A DNA stretch of 64,000 nucleotides from Octopus sinensis (lineage: Eukaryota). The stretch spans positions 149,730,001 through 149,794,000 of the forward strand of contig NC_042998.1 of assembly GCF_006345805.1 (NCBI RefSeq), in the 5' to 3' direction. A program made the translations under genes and the position numbers. The notes beneath the pieces are model-generated. The model ran no database searches and was not told where the DNA came from. It worked only from the letters and a program-made list of their open reading frames with translations. Of this stretch, positions 12,431 through 24,819 are shown one piece after another; the first letter of the stretch is position 1, and each line of letters starts with the position of its first letter.

Positions 12431-12520
12431 ATACATACATACATACATACACACATACATACATACATACATACATACATACATACATACATACATACAT
12501 ACATACATACATACATACAT

Positions 12521-13138
12521 AAAAAGGAATGCTGGTGGAATGTACCAATGAAGATCTCAATAAACTGTAAGAACAATAGACGTGATATAATGATTTGGGA
12601 TAGAGAAGAGAAACTGTGCACAGATGTGAAAATTAGTTCCCCAGCGGTTGTTAACATAAAGCTGAAGATCAGTTAAAAGTAAAACGCCTATGCTGAAATA
12701 TTAAGAAATCTGCAGTTATTCTATCCAGATTACAAGTTCAGGTTTATACCTGTAATTAACACACACCCTAAATAGTAACCTTGAGAAATTGGGCTTTTCA
12801 AAATCAGAAACGCGAAAGCTAATTCGATGACAACAGATCTACACCGGAAATGTAAAAATCTGTAAAACTTATCAGAAATTTATCATTTAAATATATATAT
12901 GAGCATGTCTAGATATGTAACTCTATGCATCAGAATGCATACATAAAACATACAAATCTGCACGTACATACATACATACATACATACATGTTTGTATATA
13001 TACATACCCTGTTGTTAATGTTGAAATTCCAATGAAGAAGCCTTGGATCTAGGTTAGAAACTGGTTCTTTCACTATTGGCAAGAAATCTTGAAAAGAACT
13101 GAATAATACAAACATCCATAAATATATACATACATACA
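12521..13138 (+). mobile_element. 3' fragment of an RLE-type non-LTR retrotransposon
   Basis: WWNVPMK...NRRDIMIWDREEKLC..V.IS.P..VNI..K..K...YAEI...YPDY.F.FIPVI (degenerate PD-(D/E)xK), then 3' UTR; flanked by (ATAC)n. Confidence 0.65.
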
Positions 13139-13776
13139 ATCTGAATGCGGAACTGAAAAAGTTGTTCTTGTCCAAATTCAAGTGATGTAGCTTTTGGATT
13201 CTTTGTTGTAAAGAGTTCCTTTGCTGCAAGAATTCTAATAATGAAACACGCACAAAAATCCACAGAATCCAATTCAGTTGGTGGCGGATGCCAAAATATG
13301 AAGAATGAATTGCACGATAAACATCTTCCTCCAACACTCTCCCCTCCACTTACACACACACAAACACACACTCACACATACATATACACACTAACACTCA
13401 TACACACTCAACATTATACGCCTGTTTCCGAACACAATCTGGTTTCGATCGTCAGAAAGTGAAGAATTCTCACAAAATTCTAAGATACTACTGAAGATTC
13501 TCAACATCAAGCATACTCATTATTGTTGCTGTTGTTGTTTATTTAGCCACCGGGTAATATTGATCCTATAAATTCGTCATCAAAGACACTCAATCAATGA
13601 CTACACTATCATTCTAAATTCATTTTGGACTAGATTATATCATGTGTCCTTTCTTAAGACATTACTTTATATATTGTGGTAAATTTGATCACTCACTCAC
13701 TCACTCACTCACTCACTTACTCACTCAATCAATCAATCAATCAACCAATCAATCAATCAGTCCGTTAGTCAGTCAG

Positions 13777-13825
<49 letters not shown>

Positions 13826-13889
13826 ATGACTGTCTATCTGTCTGTCTATTTATTTACACATACATTTACATCATGTATATATATATAAT

Positions 13890-13921
<32 letters not shown>

Positions 13922-14737
13922 CCAATCGATGAATATATATATAGACACACCACAAGTGTGTACACGTAGGTAAGTGTGTGTGTGTGTGTGTACAGACGCA
14001 TACATATATCATTGAGTGAGTCTGGGTATTTACTATCTGTAATATAATCTATATAATTATATATGTTTGTTTGTATGTTTGTGCTAATGTGTGTATGAGA
14101 GAGACAAGGAGAACGGAGAGAGGGAGAGAAGGAGAGTGAGCAAGACAAAAAGGGGGAGAGGCAGGCAAACAGACAGACAGAAAGAAAGATTATAATGGCC
14201 CGGGGCCATGTGTTAGTGAAGCGAACTTTTTAACCATACCACCATGGCCACGCTCAGACTTTTGATTATACATTCACAAGAAGGGGCCGATGAAATTTAG
14301 CCACTTAAAATTTAACTGGAACGCCTCTTCTTATATTTACCAACAGTTCAATATATGAACGTATATTTAATGTTTGCAGCTCATAATTATCCCAAAGACA
14401 TTTAATTTTGCTATGCTGCCAGGCGTTTTATATCGCTCATATATGTCAGATATTCGTCTGCAACCATACATTACAACTTGAGTGTTACAAGAAACTTTAC
14501 ACTAAAATCAGTTCGACAAATGCAGGCCAAGTTTTCCAACTGACGAGTAAGCTAAATAGGTGTAGAAACTCTCAGTTACGGAGTTCTTGTGGCATGCGAC
14601 TGTAATTGTATTGTAAATATGTTATATTAATTTTTTAAAATTCTCATTCGTAAGTATTTGTACAATATACAGCATTTAATTCAAATGTGTATATATGTAT
14701 GTATGCATATATGTATATATAAAAAAATGTATGTATG

Positions 14738-14807
<70 letters not shown>

Positions 14808-14840
14808 ATCTATATATATATAATAATATATAATATATAT

Positions 14841-14878
<38 letters not shown>

Positions 14879-15113
14879 ATAAATATAAGGGAATAAATCC
14901 AAACTTACAGGGAAAAATCAGATTAGGATTGAATCCAATTTTATAGTAAAATATTATTTATATTAAATTAGAGATAAAACCACTATTAGGCAAATCAAAC
15001 AATGTGAAAAACTTAAGCCAATACATAAAATTAATTTATATTATTTTAAATATATATCAAAATTATGTATGTATGATATATATATATATGCATGTATATA
15101 TAATATATTATAT

Positions 15114-15177
<64 letters not shown>

Positions 15178-15316
15178 ATATATATATATCACCTTGATCA
15201 CCTTGACCGACCAGTCCGTCAGGCGTCCATTTGACACCGCTGGTCACAGCACGTGTCCACTTCTCTCTGGATCGCGCCTTTCTCATCCACATGATCCCAA
15301 TCGTCCTCCTGAAATT

Positions 15317-16808
15317 CTAACTCCACCGTCGTGGAGGTCTTCTGGGTGGTCTTTTCCGCTCGTGCGGGTACCTCTCGACAACTGCGTGCGTCCACCGATT
15401 ATCGGTGAGCCGGGCGACGTCACCAGCCCATCTATACTTGCTGCGTGTATACTCTGCGATGACATCTCTCACGCCGGACTTCTTTCTGATGATCTCGCTA
15501 CTTATGTGCTCTCTCAACGAGATACCAAGCATTGACCTTTCCATGGCTCTTTGAGCCGTTACCAGTCTTTGCGCTTCTCTCTTTGTTGTAGCCCATGTTT
15601 CACTACCATATAACATTGCAGGCAGAACTGCACTGTTAATGAGTTTGGCGCGGGTGGTCCTCTCCAACCTTCCCTTGAGCACATCCCTTATGCCATTGAA
15701 CGCCTTCCATCTGGCCCTTATTCTCCGTGAGATCTCCTTTTCGATATCTCGGTACATATTTACTTCCTGTCCCAGGTAGACATATTCCCTTACCTCCTCT
15801 ATTTCATCACTGCCGATCACCATTCGACCGGCGTGAGAGATGTCATCGCAGAGTATACACGCAGCAAGTATAGATGGGCTGGTGACGTCGCCCGGCTCAC
15901 CGATAATCGGTGGACGCACGCAGTTGTCGAGTGGTACCCGCGCGAGCGGAAAAGACCACCCAGAAGACCTCCACGACGGTGGAGTTACGTTGTCTGACCG
16001 CATGAACTTTGCTTTCATGCGGTTCATCTTGAGACCTACTGCAGAGATTTTGATGTCGAGCTCCGTCAGCATGGTCTGAAGCTGATCCGTGTTTTCAGCG
16101 ATGAGTACGATGTCGTCAGCGAAACGGAGGTGGGTGAGGAGCTCGCCATTGATGTTGACACCACCTTGCCAGTCGATGCCTCTGATCTGTTCGAGACATG
16201 CAGTGAAAAGTTTTGGGGAGAACGTATCTCCTTGCTTCACTCCCTTCTCGACCGGCACTCGTATAGGTGATGACAGTAGAGCTATGACGGTGGTGCATCC
16301 GGAATTTGCCGCTCTGAGCAGCTGCACATATTGCGCTTCGACTCCTCACCTCTGCAGCGAGTTCAGCACTGCGTTGGTGTCGACGCTATCGAAGGCCTTC
16401 TCATAGTCTCTAAACGCAACGCAAAGAGGCAGCTTGTACTCATTTGCTCGCTGAAGCAGTTGCGTTAGAGTAAATATATGGTCCATCGTGCTGTAGTTCT
16501 TCCGGAAGCCTGCTTGTTCCCTCGATTGTTGTTCGTCGAGACGACGTGATAACCTGTTCAGAATTACCTTCGTGAACAGCTTGTACACGTGAGACAGCAA
16601 GCATATGGGTCGGTAGTTCTTTAGATCTTCTCTGTCGCCCTTCTTATACAGCAGGATGGTATTTGACTCTTTCCACTGCGAGGGAATTCTTCCCTCGTCT
16701 AGATAGTGCGTAAATCACTCAGCGAGGATTTTCCAGAGCTGCTCTCTGCCTGACTTTAGCACCTCCGATGTTATACCGTCTTTCCCTGGAGCCTTTCCGT
16801 TTTTCATC
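15317..16808 (-). pseudogene. RTE reverse transcriptase region with frameshifts and an inverted insertion
   Basis: ORFs 16346..16600 and 15317..16327. Confidence 0.85.
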
Positions 16809-17021
16809 TCCCTAATCTCACAGTGCATCCATCTTGCCATCGTATACTCGCTTCCTTCTTCCAGCGTGTCACTGTTTTCGAAGCAAAGTTCATGCGGTCA
16901 GACAACGTAACTCCACCGTCGTGGAGGTCTTCTGGGTGGTCTTTTCCGCTCGCGCGGGTACCACTCGACAACTGCGTGCGTCCACCGATTATCGGTGAGC
17001 CGGGTGACGTCACCAGCCCAT

Positions 17022-18572
17022 CTATACTTGCTGCGTGTATACTCTGCGATGACATCTCTCACGCCGGTCGAATGGTGATCGGCAGTGATGAAATAGAGGA
17101 GGTAAGGGAATAGGTAGCACGTTTTCTTCCTGTTGGAGTGGTGGTAACGGCTTGACATTTCTGGTAGACTTAAAGAGCTTGGTGTAGAAGTCTTCGAAAA
17201 CTTTTTCCATCTCGCTCTTCTCGTTGACCGGTATTCCATCTGTATTTTTCAGGGCCGTCACCTCCGATCTATATAGTACCATGTCCCTCTTGCATTTCTT
17301 GAGGCTCTTCTTTTCCTCTGCGGCCTTCAAGAGCTTCTCCATCCGGTATGCCTCAAAGTCTTTCTTTAGTTGCTGACGAATCACTCTGCTGAGAATGGAA
17401 TATTCAAAATGATCTTCAATAGTCCTCTTCATATTTTTACTCTTCTCGAGTAACTTCGTAGTTTCTTCCGAGATTCTTCCCTTCTTTTCTCTTGGGCATA
17501 CTCCCTTAGCCTTCCTTAAACACTCCTTCATTTTCCCTATCAGTGAGTTGTAGTCATCGTCTATGTCGTCTCCTTGGCACCAGTGTTCCTGCATGATGGC
17601 TTCCAGCTGCTTTGCCTCGTTGTAGACTCGGACACGTTTTCCCCTCGACGCCAAATATAGCGCCATCTTCTCCCTCTTCCCGTCGATGACGACCCTCGCC
17701 CTTACCAGACGATGATCGCTGCCGGTGTTGAATGGCGTCACGACGGAGACGTCATGTAATATGCGTCGCTTATCAACCAGGATGTAGTCGATCTCGCTTC
17801 GGTGCTTAGAGTTCGGCGATATCCAAGTCCATCTCTTCCTCTCCCTCTTCCTGAACAGGCTGTTTCCGATGAAGAGCCGCCTCGCCTCTGCCATGGTAGC
17901 CAAACGTTTTCCTCTCTCGTTTCTCTCTCCCATGCCAAATCTCCCGACGTACTCCTCTCCTTGTCGTCTATGTCCAACCTTTGCGTTGAAGTCTCCCATC
18001 ACGACAGTGTAAGTGGACTTCATAGCCAGCCCTTTGTCTAGTTGTCGATAGAATTCTTCCACCTCGTCGTCGTCGCTGGCACTTGTGGAAGCATAGGTCG
18101 GGACAATCTTGAGGGTGGCCTTCCCTGAGAGGTTCACATTTAGTACACCAATCCGTGATGATATGATGTGGCAAGAAGCGACCCTCGAAGCCCATTCCTT
18201 ACTTACGATGAATCCGATACCTCCGACCGATCTAGTACCTTCTGCTTTCCCTAATCTCACAGTGCATCCATCTTGCCATCGTATACTCGCTTCCTTCTTC
18301 CAGCGTGTCTCGCACAGCCCTAACACGTCGCACCTGATCTTCTTCTTCTCCTCCATTAGGTGGTTCAGTTCTTGCCACCCTGCCATGGACCTGCAGTTGT
18401 AGGTGCATATGGCAAGTTTAGTCCTGTTCCATGACGGCCCTCGGGAACCTGTGATTCTTAGCAGCCTTTCGTCGCTCGAGTTGCACTCCGCCGTCATGGA
18501 GTGGCCCGATTGACGTGCAGGGTACTGAGGCCCTTTTCCTTTTCTCTTCGTTCTTCGTGCTGTTTTAGCCAT
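17022..18572 (-). pseudogene. RTE apurinic endonuclease + linker ORF (516 aa, fused at its end to inserted sequence)
   Basis: ORF track; APE motifs intact. Confidence 0.85.
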
Positions 18573-19974
18573 AAGATGACGCCATCCCAGTGGCTGGGCG
18601 GGCAGGCCGGCATTTTGTTGGATGGCCGTTGACTATTCAGGAGTTCATCCGCCCTTTGTTGGGTCTTATTTTTCCATCCCACATCACCCTCCTCACCAAG
18701 CGAACCTGGTGGGGTTAACAGTTTAGTCGCCGACGTCCCGTCCATATATATATATTATATATATATGCATCCTGGTGGATTGGCAGAACTGTAAAAATGT
18801 CTACATGGTTACCTTGTGGTATTTCATCTGGCTCTTTGCGTTCTGTGTTCAAATTTTATTGGAGACTTAATCTTGCACGGTTTAACATCAACAATTGGTA
18901 CCTTGAGTGTCTTTAATAGAGTTCCCTACACAGTGGCAAGTATCCAAACGAGTCTTGGTTTGAAAATACCTTTCTGCTTCTCTCCCTTTTCTCTCTCCTT
19001 TTCTCCATCTGTCCCTACCTGTAAAGGGTCATAGTCACTGCTCTGATCTAAAAGATAAAAGAAACCTATTATGAAAGCAAATAAGTTTATTCAGTTCAGC
19101 AGTTTACTGATTATCCCATCCACCGGCTTTCTGGTCCGTCATTAGTATTAACTAGACTGTGCAACAATTTATAACTTTTTTTTTGTTTGTAAATGCTATT
19201 TTGTATTTGCTTCTATCTAGAAATCAAGGGAAATGATTACTATTCCCTTCAAACTTCCTTTTTGTGATATGGGCGTCAATGTTTTGAAACTGACCTATTT
19301 TCCATTAATTTCAGATAGATTCAGCACAGAGTTGCTGAAGCAGAAATATCGTTATAGCAAATATTCTGCTCAATACCACGGATTTGCTTGTCACTTGCCT
19401 GACCTTAACTACTTGACCATGTCCCTTAGTGGCTGACAATATGTGCATCTCTGATCATGAGCCGGAGTAGTGGGGGAATATCATAGTCATGTGTTCAGAG
19501 GGATTCTTTGGAGTTTGAATAAATGTAACAAAAACAAAGTTTGAAGGAAATATTAGCCATTTGTTATACTTTCTACGGGTAAGCAAATAGGTAACAACAG
19601 TTGCTACCCAAGGACAAAAATCGTGTTACACAGTGTTATGAACCACTTTTACTTAATCTTGTTAACAAGGAGTCCATATACAGTGTCACGGACGCAAAAT
19701 CCTACAGCAAGTTTTTGTCCAATATGGTATAACAAAGAGAAAAGCTAAATTAAACATAATTAAACACTTCATATACTATGACTTTTCCTTTTGGTATGTC
19801 AAGGTCATGAAACTTTAGTGTGGTGACAAAATATTCAAAAGATATATTCTAAATGCATTTGTGATTCTTTTGAAAACAACAAAAGACGGTTTGTATAATA
19901 TTTTTACATTGAACGGTGAAGGCGCAAAATCGGTGGATGAACGAATAAAATGAGTTGCGGTATTTACTCCCGCA

Positions 19975-20201
19975 GCGAGCTGGCAGAACCGTTAGCACGC
20001 CGGGCGAAATGCTTAGCGGTATTTCGTCTGCCGTTACGTTCTGAGTTCAAATTCCGCCGATGTCGACTTTGCCTTTCATCCTTTCGGGGTCAATAAATAA
20101 AGTACCAGTTAGGCACTGGGGTCGATATAATCGACTTAATCCGTTTGTCTGTCCTTGTTTGTCCCTTCTGTGTTTAGCCCCTTGTGGGTAGTAAAGAAAT
20201 A
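19975..20201 (+). mobile_element. SINE with 16-bp TSD, nested in an older related SINE
   Basis: gagctggcagaaccgttagcacgccgggcgaaatgcttagcgg...gagttcaaattcc; TSD ggtatttactcccgca (19959-19974) / ggtatttagtcccgca (20202-20217). Confidence 0.9.
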
Positions 20202-21384
20202 GGTATTTAGTCCCGCAATTGAATGTTCAGATTTGAAATTCCCGCTGAAGCATCGTTGATTTTCATCTTCCCAAGATCAATAAAATCCATACCATTTACT
20301 TAGTAGGGCCAATATAATCAATTACTGTCTTAAAGACGGTGCCACAGTATGGCCTGAGACTAATGATTAAAATCAAAAGAAATAAAAGATTGCTGACTAA
20401 CAAAGTGAACAAGATTTTAGACATATTCCAAAGGCAGTAAACTTGCAGCAGTTTAGAGCGTTGGACAGAATCCCTTGTGGTATTTAATTACGATTCTTTA
20501 CCCTCTTAGTCCAAATCCGGCTAGGGTTGCCTTTGTGGAGTCGATAGAAGAATATATCAATCACGTAAGAGAGTTGATTGAATCGATTACAACACCTCCT
20601 GTCTCTACTTAAAGATATGTGACTATACACCAACGCTAAAAATCAATGTTGAGCAACCCCCGCTTCTTCTTGGTTCAAATGTGGGTGTGGAGAGAAGTGA
20701 AGCCTGAAGTGTGTGGAGGACAGACCTGTTCAAATTCTACAAGATTATTTGATATATAATCTGTCCTTCTGCTTCCTCTGATCGTTGGTCAAAAATTGTC
20801 TAGGATTCGGACAGCAAACTGTCAATCCTAATAAAATGGTGATCATCATCATCATCATTATCACCACCATCATCATTGCCGTCGTCGTCGTCATCATCAT
20901 CATCATCATCATTATCATCATCAACAGGGTCATCAAGTTTGTCGATAATGATTAATCGTCATCATCATCGCATCCCGTTAGAATAGACGCACAACTACAT
21001 ATTATAAAGACACAATCATACACACACCAGCCCCCCCCCGCACACACACACATACACACACATTCACGTGCAAGCACATATTAACGCATACAAACTCTTT
21101 GATCAAATGCAAGTTTCCATCACACACACACATACACGCTCGCGCACACACGTATGCATACAGACACAGTCAGACATACACACAGACGCACACAGTCACA
21201 CAAACAGAGACATACACGTACATAGTGAGGCAGACACATAGACACGCACACACAGCCACACACGCACTGTAATCACCACCAAACGAAAGCACACCTAAAA
21301 GACAAAAATCAATGAATGACACCAAATTTATAACTACACACACATACACAACAACAACACACACATACACATATTCTCGTGTTA

Positions 21385-21419
<35 letters not shown>

Positions 21420-21910
21420 AAGGAAGAAAGAGAAAGGGGGGGGAATGGGGAAAGAAGTTAATATTGGTAGCTGAACGCATCAGATGGTCTTCCGGGTGCG
21501 TTCAAGCCGAGAGGTGGAAACTTTGGCTTGAGACAACTTTTAGACGTCATGTGTAATGTATAAGACAGCTAGTGACGGTGCTAATAGGATTAGAGACTGA
21601 TTTATAGATCAGTAGAGACCGCCATCCTGCCTTGAATTTGCCATCGTTGTTGTTGTCGTTGTTATTGCCATCGTCGTCGTCGTCGTTGTTGCTATAGTTA
21701 ACAGTCGCCGTCGTGTTTAGTGTTGCTGTCTGTGAGATGGTATGCTTTAGTATCGATTCTGCTGCTGCTGCTGCTGCTGCTGCTTCTAGTAGTAGTAGTA
21801 GTAGTAGTAGTCCAGTAACTTATTCCAATCTAGGGCTTGTTTTCTGTACTTATATTTCTTGTAGGCGTGTATCGGTGTGCTTTGCGATTTGCACAGGTCT
21901 TTAAAAAGCA

Positions 21911-21949
<39 letters not shown>

Positions 21950-21953
<4 letters not shown>

Positions 21954-22191
21954 TCTTTATTGCCCACAAGGGGCTAAACATAGAGGGGACAAACAAGGAC
22001 AGACAAAAGGGTAAGTCGATTACATCGAACCCAGTGCGAAACTGGTACTTTATTTATCGACCACGAAAGGATGAAAGGCAAAGTCGACCTCGGTGGAATT
22101 TGAACTCAGAACGTAACGCAGATGAATTCCGCTAAGCATTTCGCCCGACGTCGTGCTAACGATTCTACCAGTTCACCATGTATATGTATGG

Positions 22192-22229
<38 letters not shown>

Positions 22230-22480
22230 TATATATATTATTTCTCTTTATTGCCCCCAAGGGGCTAAACATAGAGGGGACAAACAAGGACAGACAAAGG
22301 GATTAAGTCGATACATCGACCCCCAGTGCGAAACTGGTACTTTATTTATCGACCACGAAAGGATGAAAGGCAAAGTCGACCTCGGTGGAATTTGAACTCA
22401 GAACGTAACGGCAGATGAACTTCCGCTAAGCATTTCGCCCGACGTGCTAACGATTCTACCAGTTCACCATGTATATGTAT
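21950..22480 (-). mobile_element. Two tandem copies of the same SINE family as 19975
   Basis: 21950-22190 and 22240-22480 are nearly identical and share the flank gttcaccatgtatatgtatg. Confidence 0.9.
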
Positions 22481-23099
22481 GTGTATATATATTATATATA
22501 TTATAGATATATATATAGATATATATATATATATATATAATATGCGTGCGTACATATACATGTGTGTGTTTGTGGTATGTGTGTGTGTGTGTGAGTGTGT
22601 GTGTATGTGTATGTGTAGACAAATACTGGTATGTAAACAAAATAATTTCTTGATTTAAGATTATCTCCGCCTCTGGAGGATTTATCATAATTACCAAATG
22701 TAATATCATCAGCTCTAGTTGAGAAAGGGAGATAATCTTAAGATTCAAGAATTCTTCAAATCTGACATGCCAGTCTGGCGACAGTCGTTGACACGTGTTT
22801 GTGACTTAATAGTCTTCACTACCACGATAATTGTCCTACCTTAATTCCAGCAACCAAATGGCTTATACTCAGACACGCACACACATATATGTATGTGTCA
22901 TTGCATGAGCTAAGTCATGCATGAACTGAGCCATGCTCGACCTCACAAACATGCTCTTTATGGAGGAAGTAATGTTTCGCCAAGCATTACCCCTTGGTAA
23001 AAATGTTCTGGACTTTTTTCTCAAATAACACGACGAAACGACTATTTCCTCGGACCATAACTTAATAGAACTAAAAGTGTATGGTACGCAGAAAACTGC

Positions 23100-24560
23100 T
23101 GACATTCAGGCTGTTAGAAGCACACAACTTCTTTCTATAAAGTTATATGGAAAGGTATTTAGAAAGAGGTTATTGAACAAAACTGGTCTACCAGTCTCTT
23201 TACGCAGGATAATGACACAAAGCTACAACATTTTATGACAATCACGTACGAAATATGCAGTAAGTTTGCTCCAGAGAGTATGACAAACCGACAGAAAAGG
23301 GATAGGAAGATTTTAATGAGACGACGAGTAAAGATCTCAAATCGTCTAAAAGGATCACAAAAAGTTAGTGAAGAATCCTATGTCAAACAAACACTACTTG
23401 AGATTGAAAGGGATTGGAAAAGCAGAGAAAGAAGCTAGGGTTGTATAAAATGTAAGGACAAATCTTAAAGCCTTCTTTAAATTTGCAAATACCACTACAG
23501 ATCCTTTTCCAAAGATTTCTTGCAACTGGAAAGATTCCTATCAGTAACGCAGGTAATAGAGTGGATGGTAAGTATTATAGGCCAGTCTCTTTAACCTCAA
23601 ATGTCAGCAAATTCATGGAACACATTGTCAGGAGGAAGCTAATCATGGTCCTAGAAGATAATGATTTGATCTCTAACACCCAGCACGGCTTCCACTCAGA
23701 AAAAAATCTAAAGCAGTCTTACACAACTTCTACAGCATTATGACTAGGTGTTGAAACAACTGATGAATTGTGCAAACGTGGATGTGAAATATATCTCGAT
23801 TTAGCAAAGGCCTTTGATAACGTTGATCATAGAATATGTTACAAGCTATGAGGATTCGGCATAGTCGGAAGACCGGGAAATTATTACATGGCTTCTTAAA
23901 AGACGGAAGATAGGCCGTGACATCTGGTGGTGCTCTCCCAAGGAGGCAGTAATCAAGTTAAGTACATGGTTTGTGGATTGATGTAAGTAACAACGCCTCA
24001 TTTCATGTGCATATCAAGACGGTCGTGGCAACGAGTAGGCGAATAGCCAAATGGATTCTGAAATTTTTCAGAACAAGGGAGCAAGAAATTGCTGGTTTTT
24101 TGTAGGATATTTGTCTTTAGCCGTCCGGACTATTGTTTTCAACTGTGGTCATCCCACAATCAAAAATTAATAGCGTAACTTGAGACAGATCAGCAGGAAG
24201 ATTGCATCAACGGAACAGCTGAGCTTCTGGGAGAGACTAAAAGAGTTACTATTCTACTCCCGGGAGAAATATGCAGTGATATACGTATGGAAGATCCTAA
24301 AGACGTGAGCACCAAATGTTGGCATAGATAGCTATACCAGCTCCCGACTGGACATCACTGAACTGTTTCGAACGTCTCAGACATCCTGTCTAGAGTGAGG
24401 GGGATCTCCACTATTTAATATCTTGCCAAAACATCTGGAGTAGGGGTGGATGTATTCAAGAAACAGCGTGACATCCTACTGGAAAATTCCTAGATGAACC
24501 TGCACCATGGCAAGAAACTCGAAACACGACAACAAAAGCAAACTCCCTATTTCACCAGAG
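23100..24560 (+). mobile_element. Highly decayed CR1/L2-group LINE RT fragment
   Basis: YRPVSLTSNVSKFMEHIV...QHGF, YLDLAKAFDNVDH, LDYC.QLWS. Confidence 0.7.
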
Positions 24561-24646
24561 GCCAATCACAAAAGAATGGTTATTGAAAGGTGATAACACT
24601 GGCAGTGCCCTGTCCCAGCATTGCCACAACCGCTGGACTGAAACGC

Positions 24647-24687
<41 letters not shown>

Positions 24688-24725
24688 CACACACACACAT
24701 ACACACAAACACACATACACACACA

Positions 24726-24818
<93 letters not shown>

Positions 24819-24819
<1 letters not shown>

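Larger units (their letters stand above)
15188..18743 (-). mobile_element. RTE-clade LINE, near full length, with internal templated insertions
   Basis: APE domain (TYNCRS, GLCETRW, VMGDFNAKVG, SEIDYILV, SDHRLV); RT (KAPGKDG, YRPICLLS, DYEKAFDSV, QGDTFSPKLF, LRFADD, YLGQ, WAGDVAR); 3' tail (CAAGGTGAT)x2; flanked by TA repeats. Confidence 0.95.

Noticed and set aside
13025-13080. Hammerhead-like aaUGAAGA-AGCCU..AGGUU-a-GAAACUGGUUC
   Set aside because: Core C3 missing and stem I not adjacent; at best a relic
18570-18743. HDV-like ribozyme in the RTE 5' UTR
   Set aside because: A gccatcc/ggatggc helix exists, but I could not build the double pseudoknot by eye
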